Source: Abditibacteriaceae bacterium
Lineage (GTDB): Bacteria > Armatimonadota > Abditibacteriia > Abditibacteriales > Abditibacteriaceae
Direction: 5' to 3'
DNA: 64,000 bases
NCBI GenBank assembly: GCA_965277285.1
Contig: OZ255721.1
Coordinates: forward strand, 448,001 to 512,000
Shown: positions 48,509-58,015 of the stretch, in pieces
How the letters are laid out: each line of letters begins with the position of its first letter
Position numbering within the stretch: position 1 is the first letter of the stretch
Program-made: the position numbers and the translations under genes
Notes under the pieces: model-generated
The model's database searches: none
What the model was told of the DNA's origin: nothing
What the model saw: only the letters and a program-made list of their open reading frames with translations

Positions 48509-49771
48509 ATGTCCATGAAGCGTCGAGAGTTCATTCGCAACGGCCTGACTTTTGTCGCGCTGGGTGCGGCCATGCCGACCGTTTTGATGCAGGCCGCGCA
48601 AGCCGCCGAAACTGCTCCGTCCGGTTCGGCTGCGGGCAGCGCGATTCCTGACGGCAAGATTCTGGTCGTCATCGAAATGACGGGCGGCAACGACGGCTTG
48701 AACACGGTTGTGCCTTACAAGGACGCGGCGTATGCGAGTTTGCGCCCCAGCATCGGCATTTCGTCCAAAGATGTGACGGCGATCAGCGACAAGTTGGGCG
48801 TTCATCCGAAGCTGGCGTCGCTGGCGAAGATGTTCGAGCAAGGGCAGGTCGCGGTTGTCAACGGCGTGGGTTATCCCAGTCCGAACCGCAGCCATTTCGA
48901 CAGCATGGACATCTGGCAAACCGGAAATCCGACGCGCGACATCAGTCATCGCAGTGGCTGGCTGGCGCGTTATTTCGATGCTGATGGACATCTCAAAGGC
49001 AACCCGATGGCGGGCGTCATGGTCGGCGGCGCGATGCCTTTGGCAATGACGGGCGACGTTTCCTCGGCTTCGGTTTTCACCGATCAAGGCAACAACTACG
49101 GCGTTGGCGGCGGCTCCGACCGCGACTTGCAAAACCAGACGATGCAGGATCTTTACGCGCAGGGAACGGTCGCCGGATCAAACGCCGATTTCGCGCTGAA
49201 AATCGGCAACGATGCTTACTCAAACTCGGAAACGTTCAAGCGCGCCCTCAATTCTTACGACACGCGCGCCGGAAAACAGGCCGAATATCCGCGCTACAAT
49301 GGCTTTGCGTCCGGCTTGCAAACCATCGCCAAGCTGATAACGGGCGGCGTCAAAACACGCGTTTACTACCTCAACTTGGGCGGCTTCGATACGCACGCCA
49401 ATCAGCCTTACAGTCATGGACAATTGCTGGGATTGCTGGGCGACAGCCTGGCGGCGTTTTACGAAGACTTGAAAATGCAGGGCCGCGACAAAGATGTCGC
49501 CGTGATGACGTTTTCCGAGTTCGGGCGGCGCGCCAAGGAAAATGCGTCGTCGGGAACTGATCACGGCGCGGCCAGCGTGATGTTTGTGGTCGGCGGCGGC
49601 ATCAAAGGCGGCATCTACGGCGATTATCCCAGCCTGACCGACCTGGACGACGGCGACTTGCGGTTCCACACCGATTTTCGCCAGGTTTACGCGACGCTGC
49701 TCGACAAATGGCTGGTCAGCCCGTCGCAAACCGTTTTGAACGGCCAATACGAACATCTCAATTTCGTTTAA
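48509..49771 (+). CDS. DUF1501 family protein with Tat signal
   Basis: KRREFI Tat motif, GGNDGLNTVVP, NRSHF, GGFDTHANQ, SEFGRR, GTDHG. Confidence 0.92.
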   Translation: MSMKRREFIRNGLTFVALGAAMPTVLMQAAQAAETAPSGSAAGSAIPDGKILVVIEMTGGNDGLNTVVPYKDAAYASLRPSIGISSKDVTAISDKLGVHPKLASLAKMFEQGQVAVVNGVGYPSPNRSHFDSMDIWQTGNPTRDISHRSGWLARYFDADGHLKGNPMAGVMVGGAMPLAMTGDVSSASVFTDQGNNYGVGGGSDRDLQNQTMQDLYAQGTVAGSNADFALKIGNDAYSNSETFKRALNSYDTRAGKQAEYPRYNGFASGLQTIAKLITGGVKTRVYYLNLGGFDTHANQPYSHGQLLGLLGDSLAAFYEDLKMQGRDKDVAVMTFSEFGRRAKENASSGTDHGAASVMFVVGGGIKGGIYGDYPSLTDLDDGDLRFHTDFRQVYATLLDKWLVSPSQTVLNGQYEHLNFV

Positions 49772-49776
49772 AAGGC

Positions 49777-49842
49777 GCCACAAAAATACAATGAGTACTC
49801 GAATTGAGTACTCGAATTGAGTACTCATTGTATTTTTGTGGC
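49777..49842. terminator. Bidirectional terminator with three GAGTACTC cores
   Basis: 24-bp perfect arms around GAATT-GAGTACTC-GAATT, between convergent genes. Confidence 0.85.
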
Positions 49843-49855
49843 TAAATTTCAGCAT

Positions 49856-50170
49856 TCAGCGTAGCGTAACAAGGTGCCATACAACCAGCGCGCCCATGAT
49901 TTGCGCCAGAATGTACAGCACGGCGAACAAGCGATAGGATTGACCGTGCTTTTTGTGATGTTGGCGCGGCACGCCCGCATACGACCAGCGCGCCAGAAAG
50001 CAGCAGTTAGCAAAAATTAAAGCCGATGCGATCAACGTGATTTTGAACGGCCACCAGCCGCCAACGTGATAAATCGCAAACAAGCTCGCCGGAACCCACA
50101 CTAACGCCCCGAAAAATCCGCCGACCAAACCAAAAGCGCGTCCCAACGATAATGGTTCAGGTTCGTTCAT
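49856..50170 (-). CDS. Hypothetical 3-TM membrane protein
   Basis: Start placed at MNEPEP; three hydrophobic segments. Confidence 0.6.
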   Translation of the reverse strand: MNEPEPLSLGRAFGLVGGFFGALVWVPASLFAIYHVGGWWPFKITLIASALIFANCCFLARWSYAGVPRQHHKKHGQSYRLFAVLYILAQIMGALVVWHLVTLR

Positions 50171-50268
50171 AGCTGAGAATGGCAGTAAGAAAAATCTGTA
50201 GGCGCATAACCTGAAGTGTGCCCACAACATTGCACGCTTCGAGTACTCGATCTGCGCTCAAGATGTTT

Positions 50269-50841
50269 TCACCACGAAGGCCGCGAGAACATCTGCGTGA
50301 TCCAGAGGTCGCCGTTTTTGTTGGTGATAATGCCGATGCCAATGCGTTGCACACTCGGGTAAAGAATGTTGGCGCGATGTCCGGGCGAGTTCATCAAAGC
50401 GTTGTGACCGGTTTGAATGGTGCGCAGCGTGATTGTTTGCGGCTCGCTGCTCCAGGCGCGATAAATGTTCTCGGCGATAACGGCGGGCGTTTGGCCGAAC
50501 GCCGCGATGTAACGATCCAGCGGCTCGCGCAAATTGGCAGTCGGCGATTGGTGCGCGAAATAACTTTTGTCGCGCATTTCAGTCGAATGCGCCCGCGCTA
50601 CTTGCGCCAGATTTTCATCGAAAATTAGCGGCGACAAACTGGCGTTTTTGCGCGCCGCGTTCACCATTTGCGCCATTTGTTTTTCCATGTTCGCCAACTG
50701 CGCATCGTTTTGTAGCACGCGAACTGGTGTTGGATTCGGCGCCTTTCTGGTTTTTGTTGCGGCGTGTACGTTCAGGGAACCCAAAAACATCAGCGTGCCG
50801 GAAAGCACGAACAACGCGGCCCAATTCTTCAGAAACTTCAT
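50269..50841 (-). CDS. Secreted CAP (SCP) domain protein
   Basis: Signal peptide; VARAHSTEM, YFAH, AENI, MNSPGHRANIL, TQMF. Confidence 0.9.
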   Translation of the reverse strand: MKFLKNWAALFVLSGTLMFLGSLNVHAATKTRKAPNPTPVRVLQNDAQLANMEKQMAQMVNAARKNASLSPLIFDENLAQVARAHSTEMRDKSYFAHQSPTANLREPLDRYIAAFGQTPAVIAENIYRAWSSEPQTITLRTIQTGHNALMNSPGHRANILYPSVQRIGIGIITNKNGDLWITQMFSRPSW

Positions 50842-50938
50842 CGTTCGCTTTTCCTTTGTTGCGAAAATCTGCTGAAAGACGAGGCGATGTCCGGCGCGTT
50901 CGCGTGTTTTCGTCCGTCAGACTTCCTGCAGCGTCAAC

Positions 50939-51005
50939 GAACCCCAAGCGTAAGCGCGGGGCTTGCGTAGCAACCACGTCAGCCCCGCGCTTACGCTTGA
51001 GGTTC
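50939..51005. repeat. REP-like hairpin, family A variant
   Basis: GAACCCCAAGCGTAAGCGCGGGGCT ... AGCCCCGCGCTTACGCTTGAGGTTC. Confidence 0.75.
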
Positions 51006-51102
51006 TATAAACGATTTAACAGTTGCTTGCGTTTACAGTGTGACAAAAAATAGAAACGCGATTTGCGAACGAACCGGTTTTGCGCTTATAATCAGCGGGC
51101 TT

Positions 51103-53295
51103 ATGCGTTATTTCTTCTTTCTTCGACAGGTCTTCCGTACGCATTATCGAGTACTCGAAACCGGCGCTTTGTTGCTTTTCGTCATGCTGGGCGCTCTTTC
51201 GGCGCGCGCGGCGGAACCGATTACGATGCAGATCGATTCGCCCTTCGCGTTAGCCACCAAGCCTCTGGGTTTGCAGATTAAAACTGGACGTTGGTTTCCT
51301 GTCGCAGTGACCTTGACCAACAGAGGCGACGCCGTTTCGGGGCGATTGCAATTGCAATTGACTTCGTCGGGCAACGGCAGCAATCGCAATGCGGCGTTTT
51401 ATACCGATGTCGATTTGCCGACCAACGCGCGCAAACGCGTTTGGCTTTATGGGCGCGGCGAAGGCATGGAACTCGATGGCGCCAGCGTTTCGTTTACGGG
51501 GCGCGACATCAAAACGCAAACGCAAAATCTCACCTTGAAGCCGCTCGACATTGCCGAAAGAACGGTTCTCACCATCAGCGATTCCGGCGAAAAGTTAGCA
51601 TTTCTCACCGGTTTGAAAGGCAAGAGTTTGGCCGTTCCCGAAGAATTGGCGCAATACGATCAGCAGGCGCAATATAACTACAATCAAAACGGCAATTCGA
51701 GTACTCGAAACACGTTTTTGCGGCCTCTGGGAAGCTCGCACGAATTTATTCCCGACCGCGCGGTGGGTTTGGAAAGTGCTGATGTCGTCGTCTTGCGCGA
51801 TTTTTCGCAATCGGCGCTGACGCCCGAACAGTTGGACTCTCTGCGCAATTACGTCGCGCAAGGCGGCACGATGGTTGTCTTCGGCGGCAGCGATTGGCAA
51901 CGCTTGAGCAGTTCACCGCTCAAAGATTTGTGGCCAGTTGACGCCGCTTCCTCCAATGCCGCGTCCGCCGCTGAAACCGCGAAAATCGTGGCGCGCTACG
52001 TCAAAGGTAAAACGCTGTCCGGCGCCGATAAATTGGGTGGCGCGCCGCTTCTCGTGACGCGTGGCGCTTTGCGTGCAGACGCTCAGAATGTGGTTGCGAT
52101 GGGCGCCAGTTCTTGGCTGAGCGAGCGCGATTATGGTGCGGGACGCGTGCTGATGATGAGCGGCGATCCGTCGGCACCTCCGTTTTTGGGCTGGAGCGGA
52201 CAAAGCGCGCTGTGGACAGACGTGATGAAAAACCTGTCGGATGTGCAACGGCTGGAAAGCGTTGGACACAACGGCTATGACAACAGTTCTTATCCGGGCT
52301 ACAACAATTACGGCGACACGCAGCAAGCCGGTTCGACCGAACAATTGCTCAGCGTCATCAAAAAACTGCCGCAATTGCAAACGCCGCCGACCAGCGTCAT
52401 CGCGTGGTTTCTGGCGGTCTACGTGTTTTGCCTGGTGCCTTTGAACTACTTTATTTTGCGCGGCATCGACAAGCGCGAACTGGCGTGGGTCACCATTCCG
52501 GTTATCGCGGTCGCGTTTTCGATTGCCAGTTATCTGGCGGCGCGGCGCATCAAAGGAACAGATTTGCTGGTGCGCCAGGTCAACATCGTGCAAAGCAGCG
52601 GAACCAGTGACCGCGCGCGCACCGACGCCATGATGTGGCTTTATTCGCCGCGCCGCGCCAATTACGACATTTCGAGTACTCAATCGCTCGCGCTGGCCGA
52701 TTACGTGGCGGGCGATTTCAACGCTCCAGCCTCGAGTTTGAGTTTGCGCCAGCCGGATGCGGCCAAATCGTTTCGCGTTGAAGGCGCAGGCGTCAAAATG
52801 TGGGACGAAGCCGAATTTGTCGGGCAGGGAACGTTGCCCACCAACAACGGCGTGAGCCTGCAAAAAAGCGGAAAAGGTTACCGCATACTCAATCGGACAC
52901 CATTCAATTTGCGCGGCGCGGTTCTAATTTCAGGAACCGGCATTTATCATTGCGGCGACATTTTGACGGGGCGCGCCGCAACCGCGAATTCGGTTGGAAC
53001 GGCGGCTTCCCAAGAAGATCTGGTGGCGCATATCGCTGCGGCTTCCGGTCTGGACACGATTTTTCCTTCGCCCAAGCAAGTCAACGCGAAAAACAATCCC
53101 GCGCTGGCCGATTCGACATTGCGCGATTTGGCCGCCGCGACACTGCGCACCGCTTTCCACTTCGATGCGCAACACGACGCAAATGTTTTGGTCGCTTGGG
53201 GAACGGAGCCTGTGGCGCCTCTGACAATTGAAGGCGAAAATGCGCGTCAACAAAGCGTCACGCTGTTTTTGTTCCGCTTGCCGTCGCTCAGGTAG
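51103..53295 (+). CDS. Membrane protein with extracytoplasmic class I glutamine amidotransferase-like domain
   Basis: Signal peptide; GRWFPVAVTLTN, LRNYVAQGGTMVVFGG, YGAGRV, two TM helices (VPLNYFIL...LAWVTIP); start uncertain. Confidence 0.65.
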   Translation: MRYFFFLRQVFRTHYRVLETGALLLFVMLGALSARAAEPITMQIDSPFALATKPLGLQIKTGRWFPVAVTLTNRGDAVSGRLQLQLTSSGNGSNRNAAFYTDVDLPTNARKRVWLYGRGEGMELDGASVSFTGRDIKTQTQNLTLKPLDIAERTVLTISDSGEKLAFLTGLKGKSLAVPEELAQYDQQAQYNYNQNGNSSTRNTFLRPLGSSHEFIPDRAVGLESADVVVLRDFSQSALTPEQLDSLRNYVAQGGTMVVFGGSDWQRLSSSPLKDLWPVDAASSNAASAAETAKIVARYVKGKTLSGADKLGGAPLLVTRGALRADAQNVVAMGASSWLSERDYGAGRVLMMSGDPSAPPFLGWSGQSALWTDVMKNLSDVQRLESVGHNGYDNSSYPGYNNYGDTQQAGSTEQLLSVIKKLPQLQTPPTSVIAWFLAVYVFCLVPLNYFILRGIDKRELAWVTIPVIAVAFSIASYLAARRIKGTDLLVRQVNIVQSSGTSDRARTDAMMWLYSPRRANYDISSTQSLALADYVAGDFNAPASSLSLRQPDAAKSFRVEGAGVKMWDEAEFVGQGTLPTNNGVSLQKSGKGYRILNRTPFNLRGAVLISGTGIYHCGDILTGRAATANSVGTAASQEDLVAHIAAASGLDTIFPSPKQVNAKNNPALADSTLRDLAAATLRTAFHFDAQHDANVLVAWGTEPVAPLTIEGENARQQSVTLFLFRLPSLR

Positions 53296-53513
53296 GGACG
53301 CGAATCTTTGAGAGAAAATTGGCGGCAAGACGATGGAGTGGGGCTGAGCAGAACCTTGAAAAACGACCTTCTTTGTGGCATCCTACAAGGCGAAATGACG
53401 CACTGAAATAATTGTCAGCCATCGAATGCGAGCCATGAAACAAGTGGCATGTTCCTCCTTGCCAGACGGCGGGAAAAATGGTTTGCGCGGCGTGATGTAA
53501 ATCTGCCAACCAT

Positions 53514-55100
53514 GTGAAAGTTGAGCCGGACAACTCATCGGAGATCGAGCTTTCTATGTTGATAGAAGACACGTTGCCGCCAAACTCTTTTGTGCCTCAA
53601 GTGACGGATAAAATACCCTCTTCTCAAGAAGCAATGGATCATTCAAGTCACGGGACATCTCGAACTGCCGACTTAGCGCCTTTTGGCTCTATGACAAAGG
53701 ATTCGCCCTTTGTTGTCCAATCACAGCAGATTTTAAGTTTGTGTGGGTATCTTTCCGCGCGCAGTCCAGCGATTGTTCATGCCTGGCGCGCGATGATCGA
53801 AGATGACCTTTCGTTGGAGCGATACCGCTCCTTATCTGAACCCAAGTTTTTAGGGTACATTCCTCAAGTCCTGGAATCCTTGATTAACAGTCTGCGGGCA
53901 CAAAGCCGTCGCGGTGTCGCCGTGCGTTCTGGTGACAACAGGCACGAATATACACGGCAGGGCGTGCGGCGCGAAGATGTCGGCGCCGCGCGCGATCATG
54001 GTCGGGAGCGAGCACAAAGCGATTTTACCGTAACCGAAGTGACGCGCGAGTTCGGTTACCTGCATTTATGTGTCGCGGATGAAATCGAGTGTTATTGTCA
54101 GGAACACGCAGAGTGTTCAGTTGCGATGCTGCACTTGGCGCAACGCCAGTTGTCGATGCTCATCAATGCTGGAATCGAGCAAAGCCTGGCGCCTTTGACA
54201 AATTCGACGTATGCGCTTTCGAGTACTCGAAGTGCCCAGTTGGAAACCCAATTGACCGAATTTAAAGTAGCCGAGCACATGCGTGGCCAAGCGTTACGCG
54301 GCGCATCTCATGACTTGCGAGGCAGCCTGGCTGTTGTAGAAAGCGCGGCGTCCATGATCGCGCAAGCGGCTGACGAAGTTCTGCGTGCCGATTTGGTGGA
54401 GCTGATGCAGCGGAGCATTGCAGCGCTCAAGCGAATGATGAGTGACATGACACAATTGGCGCATCTGGAAACCGGTCAGGAAACAACACGAGTGGAATTG
54501 TTCGATGTTTCCGTGTTGCTCCGCGAACTTTGCGACGCTTCCCAACCGTTGGCGCGTCAACACAATCTGCGTCTCGAGGCCTCGGGCCCAATGCCATTTT
54601 TTATCGAAGGTGACCTCGTTAAAACTCAGCGCATAGCGCAAAACTTGTTGCTGAACGCTCTCAAATATACCTCGCAGGGCGGTGTCAGCCTGTCTTGGAA
54701 ACCTCGCGGCGATAACGAATGGGCGCTCAGCATCGCCGATACAGGTCAGGGTATCGATCACAAAGTCATCGAATCTTTATCCTCCTCTCCAACGCTATCT
54801 TCGACCGCCGTTGCGACGCCCTCTGCCATCACGCCACAAGCTGTCACATCGCTGAATGAAGGACCATTCCGAGCCACTGCGGGAGGTCAACCCTTGCTTG
54901 TATTGTGCGGCGATGGAGAAGATGAAGACGATACCGCGCGCGAGGCTGATTTTCAGGATCGCTTGCAGCCCAATGAAGGAATCGGTCTCGCAGTTGTGCA
55001 GCGTTTGTGCGCTTTGCTCGGCGCTCGCCTGGAAGTGAAATCGAGCATTTGCGGATCGACTTTCAGTGGAGTTTTCCCCCTTCGCTACGCATCTCAATAA
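53514..55100 (+). CDS. Cytoplasmic sensor histidine kinase
   Basis: H box SHDLRG, N box NLLLNALKYT, DTGQG, GIGLAVV; no TM; start uncertain. Confidence 0.88.
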   Translation: MKVEPDNSSEIELSMLIEDTLPPNSFVPQVTDKIPSSQEAMDHSSHGTSRTADLAPFGSMTKDSPFVVQSQQILSLCGYLSARSPAIVHAWRAMIEDDLSLERYRSLSEPKFLGYIPQVLESLINSLRAQSRRGVAVRSGDNRHEYTRQGVRREDVGAARDHGRERAQSDFTVTEVTREFGYLHLCVADEIECYCQEHAECSVAMLHLAQRQLSMLINAGIEQSLAPLTNSTYALSSTRSAQLETQLTEFKVAEHMRGQALRGASHDLRGSLAVVESAASMIAQAADEVLRADLVELMQRSIAALKRMMSDMTQLAHLETGQETTRVELFDVSVLLRELCDASQPLARQHNLRLEASGPMPFFIEGDLVKTQRIAQNLLLNALKYTSQGGVSLSWKPRGDNEWALSIADTGQGIDHKVIESLSSSPTLSSTAVATPSAITPQAVTSLNEGPFRATAGGQPLLVLCGDGEDEDDTAREADFQDRLQPNEGIGLAVVQRLCALLGARLEVKSSICGSTFSGVFPLRYASQ

Positions 55101-55186
55101 CTTTCCGGTCAATCACAGCTGCTTAAAGATGCGGGCAACGGGCAGAAAAACTTAAGCCGAAAAACCTAATTCGGACGCCATCAGCC

Positions 55187-56080
55187 TTAAGAAAAGCGCG
55201 AATAACTCAAGCGCGCCAGCAAATAACAGCCGAACGCCAGTGCCATCACGCGCATCAGCAAATGGACACGCCCAAAATCGGCCCGCGCAGAGTTTGCACT
55301 CGCGTTTCGAGTACTCGATTGCCAGAGCACGATAAAAAACAACGGAATCGTTCCTGATACGCACAAAATTGCCGCGTCATAGCGCAATCCGAATTCCCAC
55401 AGCGCCAGCGCGTTGCACAAAGTTCCGAGCGTGCTCCAGGCGAAACTCCAGCGAAAAACCGCCGTTCGACCGCCGTGTTCAACGAGCCAGGCCGCTAACG
55501 TTCGATCTCCGTGCTGCCTGTCTTCCGCTATTTGATAAAGCTGCGTCAGCGGATAAAACGCCGCCACGGTCAACGTCGCGCCGATCATGCCCCAGCGAAA
55601 CGGCGCGTCGGAATGCGGCTGTAACGCTGTGACCGCGCCCGCCAGACAATCGAGAACGCCTTGTCCCAAGGTAACAATGACCAGACCTTTCGCCGGATGA
55701 CCTTTGCCGCGCGGCAGCGGATGCGAATAAAGCAGCGATAAAACGAGCAAGCTGATGTAGAGAAAACACAGTTTTGCACCAAATGGCAGCAGTAAAATCA
55801 AGGCGCCGAGTTGCACGATCCAGGCGAAATGCCACAAGCCTGCGGGAACTTTCGGCGGCGCCCACATTCCACCGACGGGCGTTCCATCGCGGTCATAAAA
55901 CGAGTTGAGCGCCGTCATGCCACCAAAAGCGCCGATGTGAAAAATTAGGAAAACGGCGAGAAAGCGCCCGATTTCTGCATGCGTGCGAAACGTTCCGCCG
56001 CCCAGAAAAAAGCCCCACAGAAAAATCGGCGCGAGCTGCAGTTGGTAGGGAAGTCGCAACATCTTAAAATAAATGCGCAC
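55187..56080 (-). CDS. UbiA prenyltransferase family protein
   Basis: NSFYDRD and QLYQIAEDRQHGDRT motifs, multiple TM helices. Confidence 0.8.
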   Translation of the reverse strand: MRIYFKMLRLPYQLQLAPIFLWGFFLGGGTFRTHAEIGRFLAVFLIFHIGAFGGMTALNSFYDRDGTPVGGMWAPPKVPAGLWHFAWIVQLGALILLLPFGAKLCFLYISLLVLSLLYSHPLPRGKGHPAKGLVIVTLGQGVLDCLAGAVTALQPHSDAPFRWGMIGATLTVAAFYPLTQLYQIAEDRQHGDRTLAAWLVEHGGRTAVFRWSFAWSTLGTLCNALALWEFGLRYDAAILCVSGTIPLFFIVLWQSSTRNASANSARADFGRVHLLMRVMALAFGCYLLARLSYSRFS

Positions 56081-56232
56081 GCGTTAATTGTAAGAGTTTG
56101 AACCACCAAGACACAAAGGACACCAAGAAAAGAAAATCGAGTACTCGATAAGGAACGAACCATTCCTTTGCAGCCTCTTGGTGTTCGGGTGCTCTTTGGG
56201 CGGATGTCTTAGTGGTTCAAGAAAAGGATATT

Positions 56233-57927
56233 ATGCAAAATGCCGCTGTCGCACAAATCTTTGAAGACATCGCTGATTGTCTGGAAATCGCGGGCGAAAA
56301 CGTCTTCAAAATTCGCGCTTATCGCCGCGCGGCGGAAGCCATCGCCACTTTTCCTGAAGCCATCGAAGACGCCGCCGATGCCGGAACACTCGACGAAATC
56401 GAAGGTTTGGGCGCCGCGACCATCGCCAAAACCAAAGAATATCTGGCGACAGGCCGCGTCGCCGAACTCGAACGCTTGCGCGAACAATATCCGCCGGGAC
56501 TTTTGGAACTGCTGCGCGTGCCCGGACTTGGCCCCAAGAAAATCGCGCAATTGTACAAAGAGCGTGGCATCTCCAATGTTGAAAGTTTGCAGAGCGCGAT
56601 TGCCAATGACGAACTGAAAGGTTTGGCGGGTTTCGGCCCTAAAACCATTGAAAACATCGCGCAAGGCATTCGGCGTTTGGGCGAAATGTCCAGTCAAGTT
56701 CCGCTGGGCGACGCGATTCCTGCCGCGTTTACGTTGAAGAAAATGCTGCAAGCCGTGCAAAATGAAGATCGAGTACTCAAAATCGAAGTGGCGGGCGAAA
56801 TCCGGCGCGGCTGCGATACGATTTCGGAAATTGTCCTGGTCGCGCACAGCGAAAACAGCCAGGTTCTTCATCGTTTCACGCAATTGCCGCTGGTCAAAGA
56901 TGTTGTGTCTCAGGACGAAAGCAGCGCGACGGTTCGCGTGCGTCCAGGCATCGAAGCGCGGCTGGAAATCGCGCCACGCGACAAGTTTGGCTCGTTGCTT
57001 TTTCGCGCGACGGGCAGCGATTCGCACGTTCAACACGCCGAAGTGCGCGCCCGCGAACTGGATGTTGCTCTGGAAAACTTCGCCGATGAAAAGTCGTTGT
57101 ATCGCGCTCTGGGCGTCGATTATATCCCGCCCGAACTGCGCGACAACAAAGGCGAATGGCAGGCCGCGCAAGACGGCAAGTTGCCGCAACTGATAGAAAT
57201 CGGCGACATTAAAGGCGACTTGCACGCGCATTCGACGTGGAGCGACGGAACCGCGAGCATTCGCCAAATGGTCATCGCAGCGCGCGAACGTGGCTATCAA
57301 TATCACGCGATAACTGACCATTCCAAAGCTTTGGCGATGGCGAACGGTTTGGACGCGCGACGCCTGCGCGAACAAGCGCGCGAAATCGCCGATGTGCAAG
57401 CCGAGTTTCCCGACATCAAGATTTTGCGCGGCATCGAATGCGACATCATGCGCGACGGAACTCTCGATTTGGACGACGACATTTTGCACGAACTCGACTG
57501 GGTTGTGGCGAGCGTTCATAGCGGCTTCAAAATGAGCGAAGGCGACCAGACCGAACGCATGATCCGCGCGATTTCGCATCCCGCCGTCGATCTCGTGGCG
57601 CATCCGACAGGCCGCATTGTCGGTCGTCGTCCGGGCTACGATGTCAATATCGCGGCCTTGATTGCTGCCGCCAAAGAACACGCGACGGCCTTGGAAATTA
57701 ACGCCAGCGAGCGTTTGGATTTGTGCGACGAGCACGCGTTCCTGGCGCGCGAAGCCGGAGTTTTGCTGTGTATTGATACGGACGCGCACTCGACACGAAT
57801 GCTGGAAAACCTGCATCTGGGCATTTTAACTGCGCGCCGCGCCTGGTGCGAAGCCCGAAACGTTCTCAACACCAAAACGCGTGACGAATTGATGGCATGG
57901 CTCAATCGTCCGCGCAAGTTTGTGTAG
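56233..57927 (+). CDS. polX: Family X DNA polymerase/PHP exonuclease (non-canonical active site)
   Basis: FKIRAYRRAA, HhH VPGLGPKK, IPPELR, PHP motifs HAHSTWSDG, TDHS, AHP, DTDAH. Confidence 0.92.
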   Translation: MQNAAVAQIFEDIADCLEIAGENVFKIRAYRRAAEAIATFPEAIEDAADAGTLDEIEGLGAATIAKTKEYLATGRVAELERLREQYPPGLLELLRVPGLGPKKIAQLYKERGISNVESLQSAIANDELKGLAGFGPKTIENIAQGIRRLGEMSSQVPLGDAIPAAFTLKKMLQAVQNEDRVLKIEVAGEIRRGCDTISEIVLVAHSENSQVLHRFTQLPLVKDVVSQDESSATVRVRPGIEARLEIAPRDKFGSLLFRATGSDSHVQHAEVRARELDVALENFADEKSLYRALGVDYIPPELRDNKGEWQAAQDGKLPQLIEIGDIKGDLHAHSTWSDGTASIRQMVIAARERGYQYHAITDHSKALAMANGLDARRLREQAREIADVQAEFPDIKILRGIECDIMRDGTLDLDDDILHELDWVVASVHSGFKMSEGDQTERMIRAISHPAVDLVAHPTGRIVGRRPGYDVNIAALIAAAKEHATALEINASERLDLCDEHAFLAREAGVLLCIDTDAHSTRMLENLHLGILTARRAWCEARNVLNTKTRDELMAWLNRPRKFV

Positions 57928-57986
57928 GGGCTTGGCGTGCCAAGCCTAATTTAAGACAACGCGGATTTGGCACGCCAAACCCCTAC
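57924..57986. repeat. GTAG-type REP-like doublet
   Basis: GTAGGGGCTTGGCGTGCCAAG ... TTTGGCACGCCAAACCCCTAC overlapping the polX stop. Confidence 0.7.
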
Positions 57987-58015
57987 GACTACAGTCCAAC
58001 CAATTCGAGTACTCG

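Noticed and set aside
56209..57816. 535-aa minus-strand ORF
   Set aside because: Antisense shadow of polX.
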